From contig JBAZUR010000001.1 of NCBI GenBank assembly GCA_041661305.1, positions 387,684-451,683 of the forward strand: DNA of 64,000 nucleotides, read 5' to 3'. How positions within the stretch are numbered: position 1 is the stretch's first letter; each line of letters begins with the position of its first letter. Positions 58,082-64,000 of this stretch are shown here, in pieces. The notes beneath the pieces are model-generated. The model was not told the DNA's origin and ran no database searches. It saw only the letters and a program-made list of their open reading frames with translations. Source of the DNA: Minisyncoccota bacterium. Lineage in GTDB: Bacteria; Patescibacteriota; Minisyncoccia; Phycocordibacterales; VMEP01. A program made the position numbers and the translations under genes.

Positions 58082-59193
58082 GATGTTATCAATTTAGTAA
58101 ATTTTTCTGCCACAACCAAAACATCGTAATTAATCGCGTGAATAGCTAATTTTTCTGCCATTAAATCACCATCTGTCTTGCTTTGGTTAAGTAGTAAGTC
58201 AATCTTTTCAACAAAACCTTCTGTGTCACCAACAGTAACCATATTACCGTGAACCACTTGAGGAATGATATCACGTACTGCCCCAACGTCGCTTGCAACA
58301 AATGGTATGCCGAGTGCCATCGCCTCAAGAATCACGCGAGGAAAACCCTCCTCTTCTGAGGGCATAAAAAATATGTCTGAGGCAACAAAATATTCCGGCA
58401 ATTCTCGGTTTGCCACCGCGCCAACCAGCCGAACATTTTTTTCAAGCCCTTTATTTTTTATTTCCCTTCGCAAAAAATTTTCATCTGGACCAGAACCAGC
58501 AACAATAAAAATAGTATTTTGGCGCGCTCGAATAATCTCTAAGGCCACAGGTAAAATCATTCGTGACCCCTTGCGTGGAGAAAGGCGGTGGGCAAACAAA
58601 ATAACTTTTCCATCCTGTGGAATATCTAATTTCTTGCGAGCTTCTTCTTTGGAAAGAATACTTTTAAAACGTCTAAGGTCTATCCAATTTGGCATAACCA
58701 AAACTGATTCTCTTTTTATTCCATAGTGTTCCGCATATTTATCCGCAAGAGAAGGTGCGCCCGTTACCAAGTGTGTTACCATCTTGTAAACTGATCTCTC
58801 AAAAAATTCTCTCAAAAAATTGCGTTTATATTTCCATGGCTCTCCACAATTCCAATAAAAAACTCGTCCGCCGAAAATTTTTATAGTGATGGCTGCAAAA
58901 AATGCCGAGAGAAATGAATAATGAACATAGAAATCTCTGTACCCAGAAAAACATGCCAGCAAAAGAATAACTTTGGTTTCAATTATCCTGAACATAATAA
59001 ACCTAGACTTTAAAACATATGATTTTTTATAACCCAAAGACACGGGTGGTTTTGACCCTTTTTCGATCACTAGATATATATCGAAAATACCCCCTATTTC
59101 CTTCAAAAAGTCATGTATATGCGAAAAATGAGACGCATCAGCAGTCTCGTAGCGCGGAAGAATATAACATAGTTTTGGCTTCATATAAGGCAT
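58078..59193 (-). CDS. Glycosyltransferase family 4
   Basis: EEGFPRVILEAMALGIPFVASDVGAVRDII. Confidence 0.8.
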   Translation of the reverse strand: MPYMKPKLCYILPRYETADASHFSHIHDFLKEIGGIFDIYLVIEKGSKPPVSLGYKKSYVLKSRFIMFRIIETKVILLLACFSGYRDFYVHYSFLSAFFAAITIKIFGGRVFYWNCGEPWKYKRNFLREFFERSVYKMVTHLVTGAPSLADKYAEHYGIKRESVLVMPNWIDLRRFKSILSKEEARKKLDIPQDGKVILFAHRLSPRKGSRMILPVALEIIRARQNTIFIVAGSGPDENFLRREIKNKGLEKNVRLVGAVANRELPEYFVASDIFFMPSEEEGFPRVILEAMALGIPFVASDVGAVRDIIPQVVHGNMVTVGDTEGFVEKIDLLLNQSKTDGDLMAEKLAIHAINYDVLVVAEKFTKLITS

Positions 59194-59234
59194 TATGGGG
59201 CGAAAAGGTGCTGTGTCAAAGCTCTATATCTGGA

Positions 59235-60398
59235 TTACCTAAAACAGCTCGCCCACGATTCCTGCATCTTTTTTAGATACTCTTCTTTTTCCAAACGAAG
59301 AACTTGTATTGCCTCTTGGGCGCTCGTGGCACATTCTTTTCTCGCTTGTGGATCATTTATAAAATGCTCCATATTATTAACAAAACAATCAACATCTCCA
59401 CTATCACAAACCAAAATATCTTTATCCTTCTGCAAAATATCTCCAACGATTCCCACGTCACTAGAAATAATCGGGCAAAGAGACGCAGCCGCTTCAACAA
59501 GCGTCATTCCAAATCCTTCATAGTTTGAAGGGAGAATAAAAGTGTCTGCTGTTTTGTAATACGAAATCATTTCGTTTTGCCAAGACTCAAGGACGACGTT
59601 TCCGCCCAATTTGTAATTTTTAATTTTAAATTTTAAGTTACTCTCTTCGGGCCCTGAGCCAACAACGACAAGCCCGACGTTGGGATATTTTTTTACTAAA
59701 CTACTCATCGCCTCCAAAACCACGCCGATATTCTTTTCACGAGTTAATCTTGAGGCAACGAGAAAAATAAAATCAAACTGAGGATATCTTTTATGTAAAT
59801 CAATAACTGGATTTACTTTACGAATGCTTTCTACATCAACAAAAATTGGAAGAATGGTTGGGGTATTTGTTAGACGATAGTTATTAGTCTTTAGGGAAGA
59901 AGAAATGCGCCTGGAAACAACACGGATACCGTCTGAGCGCGGAAGCAGAAATCTTGAAATCATAACGCGAAATTTATTCAAAAAAGATTCACTTCGAAAA
60001 TATGGACTTAAAAAATCAGTATGAATTTGAAGCTGTAGCTTTGATTTTGTTTTTTTAGATATACCCCAAGCGACAAAACCATTTTCAAAAGGGTCCTGCG
60101 CAGTAATCAGATAACCGTCGCCACCTAAACCAAAGTCCTTGGTGAGATACACACCTAAACGGTACGCCTTAAATAACGAGAGTATTTTAAAACGAGAAGT
60201 TACGGAATAAACAAAAACATTTTCGCTAATTCTTAATCTTTGTTTTTTATCGATATTTTTTTCTCCTGACTTTCCCACTACCAATACGTAGAGCTTGTCG
60301 CAAATAGTTCCGTAAGAAACCATGCGCGCTCGAACGGCGCTTCCCCCCTCGAGAATATTCTTGTCAGTAGAAATCATTATCACTTTCATCCCGTACAA
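59235..60398 (-). CDS. Glycosyltransferase family 4
   Basis: YEGFGMTLVEAAASLCPIISSDVGIVGDIL. Confidence 0.8.
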   Translation of the reverse strand: MYGMKVIMISTDKNILEGGSAVRARMVSYGTICDKLYVLVVGKSGEKNIDKKQRLRISENVFVYSVTSRFKILSLFKAYRLGVYLTKDFGLGGDGYLITAQDPFENGFVAWGISKKTKSKLQLQIHTDFLSPYFRSESFLNKFRVMISRFLLPRSDGIRVVSRRISSSLKTNNYRLTNTPTILPIFVDVESIRKVNPVIDLHKRYPQFDFIFLVASRLTREKNIGVVLEAMSSLVKKYPNVGLVVVGSGPEESNLKFKIKNYKLGGNVVLESWQNEMISYYKTADTFILPSNYEGFGMTLVEAAASLCPIISSDVGIVGDILQKDKDILVCDSGDVDCFVNNMEHFINDPQARKECATSAQEAIQVLRLEKEEYLKKMQESWASCFR

Positions 60399-60646
60399 AA
60401 TAGGAAACGCTTTAAACGCGACTTTATAAAACGTTTACCTCTTCCAGCTTTTAAACATAACTCTCTCGACCTTGCATCTTCTTCGTCAAGACACGCTTCG
60501 TAATAAATCAACTCGTAAGGGCCACGTCCTTTCGTATATGTAGATTTACTATCGTTGTGCTCCTTAAAGCGTTTCCGTAAATTACTCGTATATCCCGTAT
60601 ACAACTTACCATCTTTTTTGCTTTTTAATACATAGGTGTAAAACAT
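60386..60646 (-). CDS. Stand-alone GIY-YIG nuclease-domain protein (UPF0213/YhbQ-like, 86 aa)
   Basis: MFYTYVLKSKKDGKLYTGYTSNLRKRFKEHN is the canonical GIY-YIG pattern. It overlaps the downstream GT4 gene start by 13 nt. Confidence 0.75.
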   Translation of the reverse strand: MFYTYVLKSKKDGKLYTGYTSNLRKRFKEHNDSKSTYTKGRGPYELIYYEACLDEEDARSRELCLKAGRGKRFIKSRLKRFLFCTG

Positions 60647-60675
60647 AACAATGTTATTTTGTACGGGACAGGTTC

Positions 60676-61779
60676 CTAAAAAGATAGGGCCTTAATCGTC
60701 TCTTTTAACATACGTTCGCGATTAAATAAAACCACAGTACTCTTAGCGTTCCCCACCAATTCATCAGAAAAGGCCTCATTAAGCAGAATTTTCTCAACCG
60801 AGCGTACAATTGCATCTCTGTCGTCTAGCTCCACCAAAATGCCATTTTTCCCGTTTTCTATCACCTCCGGATTCCCACCAATATTAGTCGTCACGATTGG
60901 TGTCCCAAGCGCCATAACCTCAAGCAATTGGTGCGAAAAGCCCTCGTAGGCGGTGTTTAAAACAAATACCGAGGCACTCTTTATATATTTAAAAAGCTTC
61001 TCCTGAGAAAGAGCTCCTGCCAAAAAAACAGAAGATTCCAAACCAAGCTCTTTAATTGCCCCCTCAAGTTTTCTCCTCTCTTTCCCTTCTCCTGCAATAA
61101 TCAATTTAATATCTGGAAAATGTTTAATGAGCCTTGGCATAAGCGCCACAAGCGTCAAAAAACCTTTCCACGGGACAAGTCTCCCGGCTGACAATATAAT
61201 TCTCTCTCGCTTAGTTTCATCTATGTCTGTTTTAATCTCTCCGTCAAAAGAGTTATAAACAACCGTTATTTTATTTTTATCAATTCCCCAATTAGAAACT
61301 ATCTGTTTTAAATATTTACTCGGTACAATAATTTTATCCGCTCTTTCTGCAACTTTAGTTTCAATATATTTTAAAATAAAAACAAACAAACCATACCCGC
61401 CTCTCTTTTTTGAAAATTCATCAAGCAAGTCTTTTACTTGAAACCTTGAAACTCCTTGCTCCCAGGCGTAATCACCAACAATTTTCAAAACAAATTTCTT
61501 CCGTAAAAATTTTGACGCAATCATCGCAGGAAAACCAACCGATACTGGATCTTGAGCATAAATCACATCGCATCCGCGCGCCCGTAAAATTGTTTTAACA
61601 AAATAAACAAAATGTCGAATAAGTTTTGGTAGATAACGTACCTCACCAAAACTCAAAACATCAACATCAATCCCCTTCTTTGGTAACTCTTCAAAAAGCG
61701 CCAAGCTATACGAAGCTGGTCCACCAATATCTGGCGGATAAATTCCTGTGGCGATAAGTATTTTTTTGTTAGTAGTCAT
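60676..61779 (-). CDS. Glycosyltransferase family 4
   Basis: YEGFSHQLLEVMALGTPIVTTNIGGNPEVI. Confidence 0.8.
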   Translation of the reverse strand: MTTNKKILIATGIYPPDIGGPASYSLALFEELPKKGIDVDVLSFGEVRYLPKLIRHFVYFVKTILRARGCDVIYAQDPVSVGFPAMIASKFLRKKFVLKIVGDYAWEQGVSRFQVKDLLDEFSKKRGGYGLFVFILKYIETKVAERADKIIVPSKYLKQIVSNWGIDKNKITVVYNSFDGEIKTDIDETKRERIILSAGRLVPWKGFLTLVALMPRLIKHFPDIKLIIAGEGKERRKLEGAIKELGLESSVFLAGALSQEKLFKYIKSASVFVLNTAYEGFSHQLLEVMALGTPIVTTNIGGNPEVIENGKNGILVELDDRDAIVRSVEKILLNEAFSDELVGNAKSTVVLFNRERMLKETIKALSF

Positions 61780-62997
61780 CTATTTTTTACTTTCAAAAAG
61801 TTTATCGAAAACGTTTTCTTTCATATCCTTCGAAATAGTATCCCAATCATATTTTTCCTGCACTAACCTTAACCCATTTACAACCAACTTCTCCTTAATC
61901 TCTTTGTTGTTTACAAGGCTTTCTGCTTGTTTAGCAATCCCCTTTGGGTCGCGAACCTTTACAGCAAGGCCAGTTGGTTCTTTATCTTTATTAATTTCTG
62001 GGTCAAAGAGAAAATCTGAAATTCCACCTTCTTGTGTGGCAATTACAGGTAATCCCGCTGCCATCGCTTCAATAAAAGAAATGCCAAAACCCTCTGAAAG
62101 AGACGGCCTAATAAAAATATCAGATATTTTTAAATATTTTAGTATCTCTTTATTATCTATTTCACCTAAAAAAATAACCCTTGAGGATACTCCAAGATTT
62201 TGAGCAAGCATCCTCAACTCGTCCTCATCTGGACCAATTCCAATTACAAGGAATTTATATCTTTCTGGTAAATCAACAAGGGATTTAATAACATCGTCTA
62301 CCGCATTTTTCTTCACCAACCTAGAGGTTGTAACCATATAAACGTCATTCTCTTTTTTACCTAGTTTATTTTTTAACTCAGTAAGTTCTGTATCTCCAAC
62401 TATTTGTGAAAAATGTTTTACGTTTACGGCATTCGGAATCACAACACCAAAACCCTTAAACCCCATATCTCTTCCCCATCCCATAAGGAAAGTGGAAATT
62501 GTTTGCAAAACAGTAGCCCGCCTAAATCCCGCCACAAAAAGCGGATAAATTGGCAACATTTTTCGTTTTATATATTTAATTGGATCTCCCTCCTGAAGAG
62601 TCAGGACGTACGGCACTTCTCTGTGCATCATGTTAAAAATCGCAGCAGGAACAGCACAGGAATGAGCCATCATTGCCCATACTCCATCGTAACTATTCTT
62701 TCTATGAAGCTCAGCTGCCTTAAAAGCCGAGCTAAACTGAAATAAAAATTTATTTAAATGAAGAGGAAACTTTCCTAAATCAGATATCTTTGGATTGTTT
62801 GTTGTAAAACCAATACGATAGACTGTCACATTTCCTATCCTTTCAATCTCAGGTAGTTTTTTGTCGTAACGAAGCGTCACCATGTCAAAAGAAATATCTT
62901 CTGGTTTAAATCTGTCGGTAATTTCCTTTATAGCCACCTCCGCTCCTCCGATAAATCTTGGGTAATATGAGAGTGAAAAAATTAATATTTTTTTCAT
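61780..62997 (-). CDS. Glycosyltransferase family 4
   Basis: SEGFGISFIEAMAAGLPVIATQEGGISDFL. Confidence 0.8.
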   Translation of the reverse strand: MKKILIFSLSYYPRFIGGAEVAIKEITDRFKPEDISFDMVTLRYDKKLPEIERIGNVTVYRIGFTTNNPKISDLGKFPLHLNKFLFQFSSAFKAAELHRKNSYDGVWAMMAHSCAVPAAIFNMMHREVPYVLTLQEGDPIKYIKRKMLPIYPLFVAGFRRATVLQTISTFLMGWGRDMGFKGFGVVIPNAVNVKHFSQIVGDTELTELKNKLGKKENDVYMVTTSRLVKKNAVDDVIKSLVDLPERYKFLVIGIGPDEDELRMLAQNLGVSSRVIFLGEIDNKEILKYLKISDIFIRPSLSEGFGISFIEAMAAGLPVIATQEGGISDFLFDPEINKDKEPTGLAVKVRDPKGIAKQAESLVNNKEIKEKLVVNGLRLVQEKYDWDTISKDMKENVFDKLFESKK

Positions 62998-62999
62998 TT

Positions 63000-63872
63000 T
63001 TACGCCTTATTATTTTTGATTGACTGAATATATTCCTTTATATCCTCTTCTGTCTTCCATCCTAACAGCTTTGACTTTGAAATATTTAAGGCTGCACCCA
63101 TTCTATTCCCTTTTCTTTCTGGAAGCATTTTTATTTCAGAGCCAAACATTTGAGCTATCTCTAAGATACTGTACGAACGCTCATCACCTAACCCATACTC
63201 ATCCCCCTCTCCTTTTTCTCCAACCAAAACAAGACCACGTACAATATCTTTTACGTGAGTAAAATTACGAACCTGTGTTCCAGGGAGAACCACCGATAGC
63301 GGTTCTCCATTTTTAAACTTTTCAGAAAAAATACCGATAACGGTGGCATATGAACCAGTTGAGATCTCTCGTGGTCCATAAACATTGTAAAAATAAGTAA
63401 TCGCATACGGAACGTTAAACCAATCTCCATAATTAACCACAAGATCTGTGTTCGACGCCTTGGTCCAAGCATATGGACTTTGATATCTACCTAAGCCGTT
63501 ATCACCAAACTTTGTACTTGAACCTGCGTAAATAATTTTTGAATTATGCTTCCTGGCGAACTCAAGCACTGCAAAAGTACCAACAATATTAAAATCCCAA
63601 ACCGTTGGGACATCATTAAAACTTTGTTCCACCCTAGAATATTCTCCTAAGTGGTAGATGATATCTGGTTTTTCTGAGACGTGTTTATCTATGTCTTTTG
63701 TATGTCCCTCCCTGTAATCAACACCTTCTATATGATTCTCTTTTTTCCCGGTAAAATAATTGTCTAAAGAAATTATTTTGTGCCCACTTTTAACAAGCTC
63801 TTCGCATAAGTAAGAACCAATAAAACCGGCTCCGCCGGTTACAAGAATTATTTTTTTATTTTCGCTACTCAT
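63000..63872 (-). CDS. NAD-dependent epimerase/dehydratase (extended SDR)
   Basis: ILVTGGAGFIGSYLCEELVKSGHKIISLDN. Confidence 0.75.
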   Translation of the reverse strand: MSSENKKIILVTGGAGFIGSYLCEELVKSGHKIISLDNYFTGKKENHIEGVDYREGHTKDIDKHVSEKPDIIYHLGEYSRVEQSFNDVPTVWDFNIVGTFAVLEFARKHNSKIIYAGSSTKFGDNGLGRYQSPYAWTKASNTDLVVNYGDWFNVPYAITYFYNVYGPREISTGSYATVIGIFSEKFKNGEPLSVVLPGTQVRNFTHVKDIVRGLVLVGEKGEGDEYGLGDERSYSILEIAQMFGSEIKMLPERKGNRMGAALNISKSKLLGWKTEEDIKEYIQSIKNNKA

Positions 63873-63914
63873 AAGTTCTGCAAACTATATAACTAATACA
63901 AGAAAAGGCAACGC

Positions 63915-64000
63915 TAGCTCACATCCTCTTCAATATCAAAATCATCGGCGGAAAGTTCGTCTGGTTTTTTACCAGAAGACGCGCCACTAAACATAATACC
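63915..64000 (-). CDS. 3' end of a minus-strand gene that continues beyond the window end (C-terminus ...SGKKPDELSADDFDIEEDVS*)
   Basis: The reverse-strand reading frame is open to the window edge and ends at TAG 63915-63917. Function is unknown. Confidence 0.4.

Noticed and set aside
1-64000. tRNA or rRNA genes
   Set aside because: Neither a tRNA-like cloverleaf with a GTTCGA/GTTCAA T-loop nor an rRNA-like segment was seen in the intergenic regions inspected. This was a by-eye search; tRNAscan/Infernal should confirm.

Overview
This 64-kb window is low-GC (about 35%), densely coding and looks bacterial, most plausibly a CPR/Patescibacteria-type genome. That guess rests on the lamin-tail-domain protein, a compact Obg, HTH-fused giant surface proteins and a Wzy_C-TPR protein. 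The window has three parts. (1) Positions 1-3294 hold the 5' two-thirds of a giant minus-strand surface-protein gene that runs off the window start. The ORF track misses it because there is no in-window stop. Its protein has an excisionase-like HTH_17 N-terminus, one TM helix, then Thr/Asn-rich repeats carrying phage-tail-fibre-like 'GNVGIGTTSP..KL.V' motifs. (2) Positions 3.6-12.6 kb are a housekeeping block: lepB, gatB, obg, a PF04020 holin-like membrane protein, a NUDIX hydrolase, secA and murB. It also contains Rho-independent terminators, a pair of 61-bp direct repeats, a Lys/Ala-rich 24-codon micro-ORF and a GC-rich structured intergenic region. (3) Positions 13.2-23.7 kb form a minus-strand surface module. 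It reads PaaX-like regulator (flanked by two long perfect palindromes sharing a 38-bp core), a 208-aa TM protein, a 1037-aa secreted alpha/beta-hydrolase+LTD protein, a 1121-aa PKD/Cys-rich protein, a terminator, then a 783-aa Wzy_C (O-antigen-ligase/PglL-like) + TPR protein. It is followed directly by a glycan-assembly locus of about 40 kb (23.7-63.9 kb). That locus encodes GDP-fucose synthesis (gmd, fcl) with two GT11 fucosyltransferase-like genes. It has heptose-pathway genes (gmhA, a HddA-like GHMP kinase, two HxGH nucleotidyltransferases). It has deoxy/amino-sugar genes (a DegT-family enzyme, RmlC-like, five SDR epimerase/dehydratases, AsnB-like). It has a Wzm/Wzt ABC exporter whose Wzt carries a C-terminal carbohydrate-binding domain, next to a CmcI-type terminator methyltransferase. 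It has about 7 SAM methyltransferases, about 14 GT2/GT4/GT11 glycosyltransferases and a split TPP-dependent E1 alpha/beta pair. It also contains a compositionally foreign (about 50% GC) B12-binding radical-SAM gene with its own terminators, and an 86-aa GIY-YIG nuclease gene wedged between GT genes. The most interesting hypothesis is a dedicated surface-glycoprotein system: giant S/T/N-rich surface proteins with a co-encoded Wzy_C-TPR candidate O-oligosaccharyltransferase and a heavily methylated branched-sugar glycan pathway. No rRNA, tRNA, CRISPR array or integrase was recognised.
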